The notes under the pieces: model-generated
What the model was told of the DNA's origin: nothing
The model's database searches: none
The model's input: only the letters and a program-made list of their open reading frames with translations
Position numbers and translations under genes: made by a program
Shown here: positions 28,117-38,197 of the stretch, piece after piece
Position numbering within the stretch: the stretch's first letter is position 1
Layout: every line of letters starts with the position of its first letter
DNA from: Candidatus Poribacteria bacterium
Lineage (GTDB): Bacteria > Poribacteria > WGA-4E > JAJDTR01
Direction: 5' to 3'
DNA length: 64,000 nt
Assembly: GCA_965232535.1 (NCBI GenBank)
Contig: CBDDPW010000021.1
Coordinates: 519,700 to 583,699 of the forward strand

Positions 28117-31100
28117 TTAAATTAATTTGCGGTAAAGGATTAGATGTTCGTAATCGACTGTTACCTCAAAGGCAGTGCGGAGCGGGTCGGCGAAGGGGCT
28201 TCGTGCGGCGACTTCGCCATTGATAGTTTCGATGGTGATGCGGCGGAGCGGCTGAAATTCTCGTTTGAGAAGGTGGTGCAGGACGCCGAGGTAGTCTTGC
28301 ATTTGCGGGTCGTCGCACGGCACATTGAATTTCAGCGCCTTGCCGTTCCGCTCGGAAATCATGACAATCCGGCGTCCTCGATAGACGAGGTGGGTACCAG
28401 GAACGCGTTTGGGCAGTTTGCCTTTGACGGCGTCAAGCTGGACGCCGCATAATGACACAGGATCTGTAGCATTGATCCAGTAGACTTTATCTTCCGGAAG
28501 TTGCCGGCTCAGCACTCGAAACGCTTGATGCGAGATAAACTGGGGGCCGGGTATGCCGTGAAAGAAGTAGCCCGCCAATACTTCGCCGGACAATTCCATG
28601 ATTCGCAATGAGCGAAAAACGTTCGACCAGCGGAACGCGGGCAATTCTCGTTGAAGCAGTTCCCGAAACAGAATGCCGAATCGGTCCAGCAATAACCGGG
28701 CACGGTCTTTTTTGCGTTCCTCGGATTCAAGGAGGTCGTCCGAAAGGTCAAGTGTTGGCAGTCGATACCAGTTGCCGACATGGGAGCTTGAACCTTTCCA
28801 TCTGGCGAATTCGGCGCGGTGACTGATGCGGCGACCTCTTCCTCGCCCTTTGTCTAGTCCAATTTCGGGCGGCTTGAATTTGCTCAGTACACCTCGTCGG
28901 AGCGCCAAGAAGGTGTCGTTTGCTACACGCCCCTCCCAGACGAATTCCCAGAGTTGATTTGTTAACGGCGCAGCACTCATGCCCGAGGTTCGGAGCAGAG
29001 AGGAGAAATCGTATCGCCCCGTTTCGTCCGGGAAGAAATTGTCAAGATTGCTCTCTTCGCGGTTCTCAGGGTGATGCGTCCCAGCGTCATCTTCTTCCTC
29101 GCGATTGAACTCAACTTGGTTCGGCAGGTTTTCGGCGGTTTCTTCGTGCGTCAGGTCGAAATCCTCTTCAAAGTAGAAGGTCACGCGGCGATTTTCGCCG
29201 CCGATCCACCTTAGTCCCCCTTCCATCATGGCGGAATCGAGCCATGACGTGTTATAAACGCGACATCTGGCGGGGAAGATTTCCGATTCCCACAAGCCCG
29301 CCGTTGCCGGATAGCATACCAACTGCTCAATATTAGCTAGCAGACCGTCAACATCGTCCGCAGGAGTCATCAGTTTTTGGAAATTGGCAAGGAACACGGT
29401 CAGCCACTCAAATTCCAGCGGTTCAAAACTTGGCGCCGCATCTCGCCGCGTCAGGCGAAGAAGTATTTCGAAGTTTTCGCTATCGCACAGGGTTTCGGCT
29501 GTAGCATCCTCTACAAGCTGACCGACGATGATTTTCTGCGAATCTGCGAGGTCGTCCAGCGCCAGACTGAGTTGAACCTCCGCTATGCCGAGGGTTTCGC
29601 CAATGTACTCGGAAGTGGTGGGGCCATAGAACTGCAACCATTCACCGATGAGCGAGGTTAGCTCTTGAGCGTCATCAATCGCGGAGGAATCGGCGTCCTT
29701 AACTTCAGGCTTAAAGTTGAGCGGGGCTTTTGGTTTGCCGAGCGATTCACCTTCGATCGATTCTATATTGTCGTAGAGAACACAGATTCGGGGCATCATT
29801 TCCAAGGCAACAATCAGTGAATCAGAGGCTTCCGGCGGCTTTATCAGCACAAGCTTGTCGGCTATAGGCGAGAGAATCTCGTCCGGTTCAAGGTTGTGAT
29901 CGCTACGGATGGCTTCAAGAAGCGTGCTCCACTCCGGTGCGGGGATGAGGAGCCGTTCCTTCACCCAATCGATTAGATCTACCGGAGTCTGGGGGGAATA
30001 TCCCGGACTGAGTCGACGACGTTTCTGTTCAAACTGGCGGATAAGGGTTGAGGAAACGGTCGGACGCAACCCGGGTGTAAACACGACATCGCGCAGGAGG
30101 TCACTTCGGAGCATCGAGGTAGTGGTCGCCGTGGAATGGTCACTCATATACATGTACTCGTTTATCTGCCGCCAAGAGGCGTTTTGCGCCATCGGGCTGG
30201 CGTAGGCGGTGGGCACCGCTGTCCAACGGATAGAGCCGGATTCTAACTCGGCGAGCACTTGCTGGAGGCTGTCCAGATCAAACTCGTCTTGGAGGCAGGT
30301 ACGCCAGGTCTCAAGAAGGATCGGAAAATCCTCGTACTGCATTACGGCGGTCATCAACTTCTGCGACCGGAGTCGGCTCAACCAGAGCGGCATCCGTTGG
30401 TTCATCTTGCCGCTTGATGTCATGAGTAACGAGGTTCCGGCACACTCTCTGAACCTTGCGCAGAAGAATCCGGAACCTTCGAGTTGCCTGCGAAGCAGGG
30501 GTTGAAGCGTCGCACTTGTCACCAATGAGAGGAGTTCGGCAGGAGGCAATTCATCCGGAAGCATAAGGACAACGCCGTCATCCGTCGCGTGAACTTCGAG
30601 TTGATATCCGAATCGGTCTGCCCATGCCGACGCAAGCGCCACACCGTACGGTCGATTGACTTTGGCACCCCAGAAGGTGTGAATGACCACCTGATTCCCC
30701 GGTATCCCTTCATGACCGGTATCGACAATTTCGACGAGCACGTGGCGGCGATGCGGCAGATCGCAGTCCGTGGCATCTTTCTGTCTTTGGAGGAAATCTA
30801 CCAGTTGCATCGCAGCGGTCTCCTCCATGCAATTCAGGCACTGCAAATCGTCAAGATAGTCGGGATCGTCGAGACGCCGGTTTGCCTCCTCGAGAAAGAG
30901 ACCGATACGTTCAGAGAAGTGAAAATCCCTGCCATAATCTTCGGCGCGCCAAAACGGGGCTTCCTTCTGAGGCGATCGATTTGGCAGAACGAAAACATCG
31001 CTATGGGTGACACGCTCGACTCGCCACGTCTGCGTACCGAGCGTAAAGACGCTCCCCTCTCCATTTTCCCAGACAAACTCCTCGTCAAGCTCACCAATTC

Positions 31101-32658
31101 GAGCGTTGGTTTCGGCGTGGCGCATGTGAAAATAGCCGCGGTCGGGTATAGTCCCGCCGAACATGTAGACCGCCTGAACAGCTCCCTTCCTAGCGGACAC
31201 GGTATTGTCGAGCCGGTCAATCGAAACACGCTGTTTGAGTTCGCGGATTCGGCTGTCGGCGTAACGCCCCGCCAACATATTCAGTACTTGGTCAAACTGC
31301 TCACGCCCCAGGTGACGATAGGGGTAGCTCGTCCTGAGATGCGTGTAGAGTTCATCCATGTCCCACGTCTGCATCGCCGCCATTGAGACGATTATTTGGG
31401 ACAGCACATCGAGGGGACATTTCACGGGCTTGACAGCCTCGATCGCCTGTTCACCGATAGCCTCCGCGAGCACGGCGGCATCAAGAAAATCGCGTGCATG
31501 CGTCGGATAAACCGTCGCACGGCTTACTTCGCCGACTTGGTGCCCGGCGCGGCCGATTCGCTGAATGGCGGAAGATATCGAGAACGGTGATTGGATAAGA
31601 ACGACTTCGTCCAGTGAGCCGATGTCAATACCCATTTCCAGCGAACTCGTGGCAATGATAGCCTTCAATTCACCGGCTTTGAGTTTGGATTCGACAGACT
31701 CGCGAAGCTCGCGCGACAAGGATCCGTGGTGCGCATAGGCGACGGGCTCCTCCTCCTCGGCGTTTATCATCATCGTCAGCCGCTCACAGAGCCTTCTGCT
31801 GTTGGCGAAAAGTAGGGTAGACTGATGTCGATTTATGATTTTCTTGAAATCTTCAACGAGGGGATCCCAGAACGACTCGTGCCCCGGATCCTCGGCGGCT
31901 TCATCCGGATATCGGACGTGCACTTCGTACTGTTTATCGGCTTTTGAAGAGATTAGCGATACGTGTCTCGGTGTATATTGCGGATTATACAGGTCGCCAT
32001 CAGTTCTGTATCCGCCAACGAACTCGGCAACAGTCTCCATGGGTCGAATTGTGGCGGATAGCCCAATCCGCTGGAATTCGCCAGAAAGTGGGATGAGACG
32101 GTCCACGGCGGTAATCAGATGCGTTCCGCGCTTTGTGCCGAAAACTGCGTGAATCTCGTCAAGAATTACGGTAGAAATCTTGGTCAGGTTGGATCTCCCG
32201 CCTCCGGAACTTAGGAGAAGATTCAGGCTCTCCGGGGTGGTGATGAGAATTTCCGGCGGGTGGCGCTGCATTTGGCGGCGATCAGAGTGCGGCGTGTCTC
32301 CACTACGGGTCAGAACCCGGATATTGGGGAAGGGGTGTCCCGCGTCTTCGAAGACCTGTCTTAGTCCCCGCAGCGGCTCCAGAAGATTTCGACGAATGTC
32401 GTTGTTGAGCGCTTTCAGAGGTGAGACATATAGGACGCTGGTGTGTCCGAGGGGCAACTCCTCCGTGACCAGTTGATTGATTGCCCAGAGAAAGGCTGTC
32501 AGGGTCTTGCCGCTACCGGTCGGCGCGGTGACCAGAACGTGTTCGCCTCCGACAATCTTGGGCCATGCGTGGGCTTGAGCATCCGTCGGATCGCCAATTG
32601 CCTCGGTAAACCATTTCGCGACGAGTGGATGGAATTGGGAAAGAGGGGTTTGGGGCAT
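28117..32658 (-). CDS. lhr: Lhr-like large ATP-dependent DEAD/DEAH-box helicase
   Basis: 1513-aa ORF. Walker A APTGSGKT, DEIH box, SAT-like LSATI, HHGSLS, and the long C-terminal extension typical of Lhr. Confidence 0.9.
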   Translation of the reverse strand: MPQTPLSQFHPLVAKWFTEAIGDPTDAQAHAWPKIVGGEHVLVTAPTGSGKTLTAFLWAINQLVTEELPLGHTSVLYVSPLKALNNDIRRNLLEPLRGLRQVFEDAGHPFPNIRVLTRSGDTPHSDRRQMQRHPPEILITTPESLNLLLSSGGGRSNLTKISTVILDEIHAVFGTKRGTHLITAVDRLIPLSGEFQRIGLSATIRPMETVAEFVGGYRTDGDLYNPQYTPRHVSLISSKADKQYEVHVRYPDEAAEDPGHESFWDPLVEDFKKIINRHQSTLLFANSRRLCERLTMMINAEEEEPVAYAHHGSLSRELRESVESKLKAGELKAIIATSSLEMGIDIGSLDEVVLIQSPFSISSAIQRIGRAGHQVGEVSRATVYPTHARDFLDAAVLAEAIGEQAIEAVKPVKCPLDVLSQIIVSMAAMQTWDMDELYTHLRTSYPYRHLGREQFDQVLNMLAGRYADSRIRELKQRVSIDRLDNTVSARKGAVQAVYMFGGTIPDRGYFHMRHAETNARIGELDEEFVWENGEGSVFTLGTQTWRVERVTHSDVFVLPNRSPQKEAPFWRAEDYGRDFHFSERIGLFLEEANRRLDDPDYLDDLQCLNCMEETAAMQLVDFLQRQKDATDCDLPHRRHVLVEIVDTGHEGIPGNQVVIHTFWGAKVNRPYGVALASAWADRFGYQLEVHATDDGVVLMLPDELPPAELLSLVTSATLQPLLRRQLEGSGFFCARFRECAGTSLLMTSSGKMNQRMPLWLSRLRSQKLMTAVMQYEDFPILLETWRTCLQDEFDLDSLQQVLAELESGSIRWTAVPTAYASPMAQNASWRQINEYMYMSDHSTATTTSMLRSDLLRDVVFTPGLRPTVSSTLIRQFEQKRRRLSPGYSPQTPVDLIDWVKERLLIPAPEWSTLLEAIRSDHNLEPDEILSPIADKLVLIKPPEASDSLIVALEMMPRICVLYDNIESIEGESLGKPKAPLNFKPEVKDADSSAIDDAQELTSLIGEWLQFYGPTTSEYIGETLGIAEVQLSLALDDLADSQKIIVGQLVEDATAETLCDSENFEILLRLTRRDAAPSFEPLEFEWLTVFLANFQKLMTPADDVDGLLANIEQLVCYPATAGLWESEIFPARCRVYNTSWLDSAMMEGGLRWIGGENRRVTFYFEEDFDLTHEETAENLPNQVEFNREEEDDAGTHHPENREESNLDNFFPDETGRYDFSSLLRTSGMSAAPLTNQLWEFVWEGRVANDTFLALRRGVLSKFKPPEIGLDKGRGRGRRISHRAEFARWKGSSSHVGNWYRLPTLDLSDDLLESEERKKDRARLLLDRFGILFRELLQRELPAFRWSNVFRSLRIMELSGEVLAGYFFHGIPGPQFISHQAFRVLSRQLPEDKVYWINATDPVSLCGVQLDAVKGKLPKRVPGTHLVYRGRRIVMISERNGKALKFNVPCDDPQMQDYLGVLHHLLKREFQPLRRITIETINGEVAARSPFADPLRTAFEVTVDYEHLILYRKLI

Positions 32659-32678
32659 ACGCGTTGTGCGTTAGCAAA

Positions 32679-32707
32679 AAGGCTGGTGCGCTGTGCGCAC
32701 CCTACAA
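32679..32707 (+). repeat. REP-like hairpin class C (AAGGCTGGTGCGC-N3-GCGCACC-CTACAA)
   Basis: aaggctggtgcgctgtgcgcaccctacaa, 21 nt upstream of the Lhr start codon. Confidence 0.8.
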
Positions 32708-32976
32708 CTGTACTTATAAGGATTTCTATGGATACTCTACCGGGATTTGCTATTGCGCTCATTAGTCATTCGTTGGACTCTTTCAATCCTAATCAATGTG
32801 GGGACTTGAGTCAATTGAAATCAATCAGAACTTGCTCTCATGCCCAAGGCGATTAGGCAGGTTTAGGTAGTAACAGAAAAGTAAGTGTGGGTGTTTGGTG
32901 TTGAAGAGGGAAGAAGGTAAATCGGTGAATTGATAATCGTTGATTCCGTTTAGATCGAAAGGTTGGAAACCGAATA

Positions 32977-33266
32977 GTTGGGTTTCACTGCGTTCAACCC
33001 AACCTACGGGCTCGTTCGATCTCCTTCGATTGTTGATGGCGCCGCCAAGAGATGGTGGGCATGGGATCTCTATGGGATCTCTATCGCCTTCACTATTCGT
33101 TCAGTTGATCACTCGCTATCCACTCGTTTGATTCCACCCTACAGTTATATACGAAACGATGATGCGGGTTTAGGCGGTAACAGGAAAGCGGGAAAGGAAC
33201 GCAGAGGTGAGTTCCCTACGGTGCCCATCACAGTCATGGGACGGCACAGGGGCCGTCCCCTACAAA
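32977..33266 (+). repeat. mosaic: class D 32977-33009, class I (2 units) 33063-33144, two unique GTAG-type hairpins 33196-33221 and 33238-33266
   Basis: gttgggtttcactgcgttcaacccaacctacgg; ggaacgcagaggtgagttccctacgg; gggacggcacaggggccgtcccctacaaa. Confidence 0.8.
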
Positions 33267-33395
33267 TAGCCCTAGGGGATTCTGTCGGTTTCTGGTTGAT
33301 TTTCGATACCGGCTATAGTAGAATGCCGCACAGACTAACCGGGTTCCTTTCTCTCTCGCGTTCTTCACAACCTACCGACCAAGGAGGCACCTACC

Positions 33396-34706
33396 GTGAA
33401 CCGGTTGTCCCGCAGTACTTTCTTCCCGCTTAAACCTTTGGAACATCTGCTGATTGCGATTGGAATCGTCGCGTCGTTGCTGCCTGCATCGTCGTTTGGC
33501 ACTGCTCAGGAAGCGACATCCACTTTATCGGGGCGCGTCCTTGACGTAGATGGAAATCCACTTTCCGGGCTCCCGATAGCTGTCCAGTATGTCGAGATAT
33601 CGCATAATGACGTGTGGCTAACCCATATTATGCTTGAGGAGGACGAACATGTCCTAGAAGCGTACGCTGCTTTGCCCAAATCGGCAACCGATGATCTGGG
33701 TCGGTTTTCTTTTTCAGATATTATACCTAGTCTCATCCAGTTCATCGCGCAACCTGCGCATTTGCCGCCTGAAGAGCCGCTATCGCCCGGCTTTGATTTG
33801 AAGATATTCAATCCGGACTCCGAGATACTGTCAATCAAACGCGGGGCGATAACCTTTTATCCATACTACCAAGAACCTCCTCCGTTCGGCGGTATCACGT
33901 TTGCCATTGAACCCGGGGCACACCTCCAAAATCTTGAGGTCACAGTAAGACCTCGGATGCGAATTCGCGCTCAAGTGGTTTTTTCCGACGGTACTCCGCT
34001 CCCCAACGCGGAAGTTCAGATTGATGTGCGGCGACGAGATTTCAATGGGAGCGGTTCCGGCAGTCGCAGTGGATTGCTCCGGACGGACGATGCGGGTTAT
34101 TTTGTGCACTATGTGAAGGAACCGGCGATTTACTCCGTTGCGGTCGAATTTCAAGGGCTTAGGGCAACTTCAAAGCGGTTCGCGCTTGAAGATGGCGAAC
34201 GACGCGAAGATTTGGTCATCACCCTTGACAGCGAGCCCGTGCCCGTGGAACCAACTCCTGAGCGGGAAGAACCGGAGCGCGAGGGAGAGTGGGTGCTGAA
34301 TCCCGCGAACGGGCACTCCTACAAGGTCATTCATTGCGAGGACCGGGAGGACGCTCAGGCGAAAGCGGTTAGCGAAAGGGCGCATTTGGTCTCAATCAAC
34401 GATTCGGCGGAGCAGAAATGGCTCGTGAGCATCTTTGGGAGCATACCCTATTGGATTGGTCTGACCGATGGAGACGAGGAGGGCGAGTGGCGCTGGATGA
34501 GCGGGGAAGCTGTCGGTTACACGAACTGGGCGCCGAATGAACCAATGGACGCGGAGTGGGGAGACGAGGATTATGTTTTTATGGGGTTGTCGCCGGATGG
34601 GAAGTGGTATGATGTTGGGCCCGGTAACCCGACGTGGCGGATGACCCAGATGGCTATCATCGAAAAGGGAGATTTGGCATTGGTGGCGCCGGAGGAGGGA
34701 GATTGA
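33396..34706 (+). CDS. secreted protein: carboxypeptidase-regulatory-like Ig domains plus C-terminal C-type lectin-like domain (paralog A)
   Basis: GTG start after GGAGG. Signal-like N-terminus. STLSGRVLDVDGNPLSG (CarboxypepD_reg-like). C-terminus AHLVSINDSAEQKWL..YWIGLTDGDEEGEWRWMSGEAVGYTNWAPNEP matches the CTLD core. Confidence 0.75.
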   Translation: MNRLSRSTFFPLKPLEHLLIAIGIVASLLPASSFGTAQEATSTLSGRVLDVDGNPLSGLPIAVQYVEISHNDVWLTHIMLEEDEHVLEAYAALPKSATDDLGRFSFSDIIPSLIQFIAQPAHLPPEEPLSPGFDLKIFNPDSEILSIKRGAITFYPYYQEPPPFGGITFAIEPGAHLQNLEVTVRPRMRIRAQVVFSDGTPLPNAEVQIDVRRRDFNGSGSGSRSGLLRTDDAGYFVHYVKEPAIYSVAVEFQGLRATSKRFALEDGERREDLVITLDSEPVPVEPTPEREEPEREGEWVLNPANGHSYKVIHCEDREDAQAKAVSERAHLVSINDSAEQKWLVSIFGSIPYWIGLTDGDEEGEWRWMSGEAVGYTNWAPNEPMDAEWGDEDYVFMGLSPDGKWYDVGPGNPTWRMTQMAIIEKGDLALVAPEEGD

Positions 34707-34788
34707 TTCGAGCCTAGTTAATTCGTGGGAAATCGGCAATCAATGATTGAAGGGTTTCGCCAAGCCAGAAAATGGAACCTCAAGAGCT

Positions 34789-35517
34789 AATGGTTTGCTT
34801 TCTAAGAACATAAGGTAGGCGTTGGTAGTTGACATTGTCTGAACTGTGATTCATGGGATTACCTTGATTGCTGGTGTCTAGTTATCCAGGGGTGAGCCGA
34901 GTAAACTGTACCTTGATGCCACCGGGATTTAGGGAAGAAACCAAGTTTTCAAGAAAAAACTTGGTTTCGATATGTGTTAAATACAAGTAGGAAGGTCGCG
35001 ACCTGGAGGTCGCTCCTACCGGCCGTTGGGTGGTGAAAGGCGGTTTACGGCACACGGAGTGTGCCTACTACTTTGAAATGATGCCATATTCTCTTGGCGA
35101 ATGAACCATTATTGGTTTACTTTTTAAGAACGTAAGGTGGGCGTTGGGTGTCGGTAGTTAATATTGTCTGAACTGTGATTCATGGGATTCTTGTGATTAC
35201 CTTGATTGCATGTGGCAAGTTCCCGGTGATGAGTCGGCTAGATCGTTATCTTGAGCGCACTAGGATTCAGGGAAGAAACCAAGTTTTCAAGAAAAAACTG
35301 GGGTTCGATATGTGTTAAATACAAGTAGGAAGGTCGCGACCGGGAGGTCGGTCCTACCGGCCGTTGGGTGGTGAAAGGCGGTTTACGGCACACGGAGTGT
35401 GCCTACTACTTTGAAATGATGCCATATAGACTTAGCGAGAAGACCATTATTGGTTTACTTTTTAAGAACGTATGGCAAGTGTTGGGTGTCGGTGCGGTTA
35501 GAAACCGCACCTACCGA
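34789..35517 (+). repeat. tandem composite repeat, about 2.1 copies (periods 322 and 338 bp), ending in a class B hairpin (35489-35517)
   Basis: The anchor tggttt(g/a)ct recurs at 34791, 35113 and 35451. Each copy carries module K, a class E hairpin (34937, 35275), class A' (34995, 35333) and class F (35049, 35387). Confidence 0.85.
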
Positions 35518-35642
35518 CATGGTAGAACGGTTTCTTGTGACAGTCTCGTAATCATTAGATACTTAGCGAGTAGGCCATTATGTTAAACAATTTCAAATAC
35601 GTGCAGTTTAGAATTCCTATTTTCCCACGAAGGGTTATCGAC

Positions 35643-37529
35643 ATGAGAATACTGTTTGCCTTATTATCGCTTTTCACGATCTCCTCGCTTAGTGCGTCAC
35701 AAGAGTTCCCTCAGTGGGGTTTGCCCGAAGGGGTTACGGTGCGTCTCGGCAAAGGCGCCGTAAGCCAAATTCAGTTTTCACCCGACGGCGCGCGGCTCGC
35801 CGTGGGCACTAACATCGGGACCTGGATTTACGACACTACAACCCATAGATCGAACGCACTAATCGCCGTGAATGCGGGTTATGTACGGAGTCTGGCGTAC
35901 AGCCCGGATGGCAGCCTGCTAGCGATTGGGAGTTTGGACAATACTATCCATCTTTGGAGTGACGCAACAGCGGAGCATTTGCTAACTTTGGAGGGCCACA
36001 CTGCGGGAGTCATTAGTACAATCTTTAGTAAGAATGGCACCACGCTTTCAAGTGCGGGTTACGATAACACCATCCGTCTTTGGGATACCGTGACGGGAGA
36101 ACAGAAGTCGTCATTGGAATTAACGGGTCTGAGCGATCATAAGTATTGGGGCGCAGGCAGAGTATTCAGTCCGGATAATTCAATACTTGCAGTCTGGGAT
36201 TATGAGAATGACATTTACATGTGGGATGCGTCAACAGGAACTCGCCTGCGCACGCTGAAAGGACATACGGAACATGCTACAAGCGCTGCCTTTAGCCCGG
36301 ACGGATCAATACTGGCAAGTGGGAGTTGGGGGGACAGCGTCCGTTTGTGGAATGCGGCTAACGGCGCTCCTTTGCGCCAGCTCCTTGATGACGAAGCACA
36401 AAAGATCAAGTGCGTGGAATTTAGCCCGGATGGAAACATTCTAGCGTGCGGATACAATGACAATTCAGTCCGACTGTGGGATGTCACGTCGGGGGCGCTA
36501 TTGCGAAGGCTGAAAGAACATACGGGTTGGGTTTTTGACATCGCCTTCAGCCCGGATGGCGCTACACTCGCAACTGCTAGCGACGACGCTACAATTCGCT
36601 TTTGGAAAACGGCGACGGGCGCCCATTCGGGGACGCTCGTGGGACACATGAGACCGGTCTACACCATCGATTTCAGCCCGGATGGCGCATTACTGGCAAG
36701 TGGAAGTCGGAGCAATCCCGCTCGTCTGTGGGATGTCGTGACAGGTGCGTATAAACGTTCGATAGGACCAGAGTTTTCGAGTGCTAATAGCCTCGTCTTT
36801 GGACCGAATGGACGTCGGTTGGCGATCGGGAGTGATTACCAAACTGTAGAGCTTTGGAATGTCAGAACGGGTAGAAGCCTCCGAACATTAATTAACGATG
36901 ATGGGTCCGACCATAGCATTGCGCTCAGCCCGGATGGCTCGACACTGGCGAACTGGAACGGAGAGGCCGCCATTCATTTGTGGAATGCCAATAGAGGCGT
37001 GATACTGCGTACCCTTGAGTGGGATCCACCGGAGATTACCCAAAACGTGTACAGACCGGCACGATCTACCTTGGCGTTCAGTCCGGATGGCGCAATGCTG
37101 GCAGGTGGTAGTCTCGATACTACGATCCGTCTTTGGGATGTTGCGACGGGCGCGCACCAGCGATCCCTCAAGGGGCATACGGCTGACATCATTAGCGTCG
37201 CTTATAGCCCGGATGGAAGCATGTTGGTGAGTGGAAGCGGGGATCATACCGCCCGCATCTGGGACATCGCTTCGGGGGATTGTTACCGGGTTTTGGAGGG
37301 ACATACTTCGCACGTCACTACAGTCGTCTTCAGTCCGGATGGGGACACCGTAGCTAGTGGTAGCCGTGACAGCCATATTCGGCTCTGGGAGACGGCGACA
37401 GGTGCACATAGACGGACACTAAAAGGGCACGGTTCTGATGTCATTAGCCTTTCGTTCAGCCCGGATGGCAGAACGTTGGGAAGCGGAAGTTACGACGGCA
37501 CCGTGCTGTTGTGGGATCTTTCGCGCTAG
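35643..37529 (+). CDS. secreted WD40-repeat protein (about 14 blades)
   Basis: 14 recurrences of the FSPDG..LASGS.D.T.RLWD pattern. Start chosen at MRILFALLSLFTISSLSA (signal peptide) rather than ORF start 35580. Confidence 0.9.
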   Translation: MRILFALLSLFTISSLSASQEFPQWGLPEGVTVRLGKGAVSQIQFSPDGARLAVGTNIGTWIYDTTTHRSNALIAVNAGYVRSLAYSPDGSLLAIGSLDNTIHLWSDATAEHLLTLEGHTAGVISTIFSKNGTTLSSAGYDNTIRLWDTVTGEQKSSLELTGLSDHKYWGAGRVFSPDNSILAVWDYENDIYMWDASTGTRLRTLKGHTEHATSAAFSPDGSILASGSWGDSVRLWNAANGAPLRQLLDDEAQKIKCVEFSPDGNILACGYNDNSVRLWDVTSGALLRRLKEHTGWVFDIAFSPDGATLATASDDATIRFWKTATGAHSGTLVGHMRPVYTIDFSPDGALLASGSRSNPARLWDVVTGAYKRSIGPEFSSANSLVFGPNGRRLAIGSDYQTVELWNVRTGRSLRTLINDDGSDHSIALSPDGSTLANWNGEAAIHLWNANRGVILRTLEWDPPEITQNVYRPARSTLAFSPDGAMLAGGSLDTTIRLWDVATGAHQRSLKGHTADIISVAYSPDGSMLVSGSGDHTARIWDIASGDCYRVLEGHTSHVTTVVFSPDGDTVASGSRDSHIRLWETATGAHRRTLKGHGSDVISLSFSPDGRTLGSGSYDGTVLLWDLSR

Positions 37530-37795
37530 CTGTAAGGGTAAAGACTGAGATGTGCGCCGGAATCAGTTACATTAGCCGCCAATTCAAAGTTCCAAGATTC
37601 GGGCTGAATCATGAGTTTCATTGCCGTATTAGACATTTGGCGGGAGGCGGTATTTCATTTGAGTTCCCTGCAGTAACCTTGAAAGTCTGATCTGCGATTT
37701 GGCGATTATAGTCATTCACAATTATATTTACACATATTATGATTGTATGCTACTCGATTTGATAGTTGAAGATTGCTACGACAAATCAACTACCT

Positions 37796-38154
37796 GTAGG
37801 AGCGAGCCTTGCCCAAGACAGGAGATCGCGACCGGGAGGTCGCTCCTACCGGGCGTTGGGTGTCGGTAGTTAATATTGTCTGAACTGTGATTCATGGGAT
37901 TCTTGTGATTACCTTGATTGCATGTGGCAAGTTGCCGGTGATGAGTCGGCTAGATCGTTATCTTGAGGTCACTAGGATTCAGGGAAGAAACCAAGTTTTC
38001 AAGAAAAAACTGGGTTTCGATATGTGTTAAATACAAGTAGGAAGGTCGCGACCGGGAGAAGATCTCTATCGTCATCCTTATTCTTTCGTTTGATTGCACT
38101 CTATAAGAAACTAGCTTGGTGTTGGGTTTCACTCTGTTCAACCCAACCTACAGG
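37796..38154 (+). repeat. mosaic: GTAGGAGCGA/TCGCTCCTAC inverted pair with class A' (37825-37850), a 208-bp copy of the tandem unit (37851-38058), class I (38059-38105), class D (38121-38154)
   Basis: 37851-38058 differs from 35139-35347 at about 4 positions by eye. Confidence 0.85.
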
Positions 38155-38197
38155 TTAATCGTCTCTCATAGCCAGTCACTAAACAGAGGGCTTTACC

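Noticed and set aside
36215-37409. Long - strand ORFs (36215-36649, 36888-37409, 36974-37192) inside the WD40 gene.
   Set aside because: They are a product of the periodic WD40 repeat composition. The + strand frame has 14 canonical blades, and these antisense frames have no motifs.
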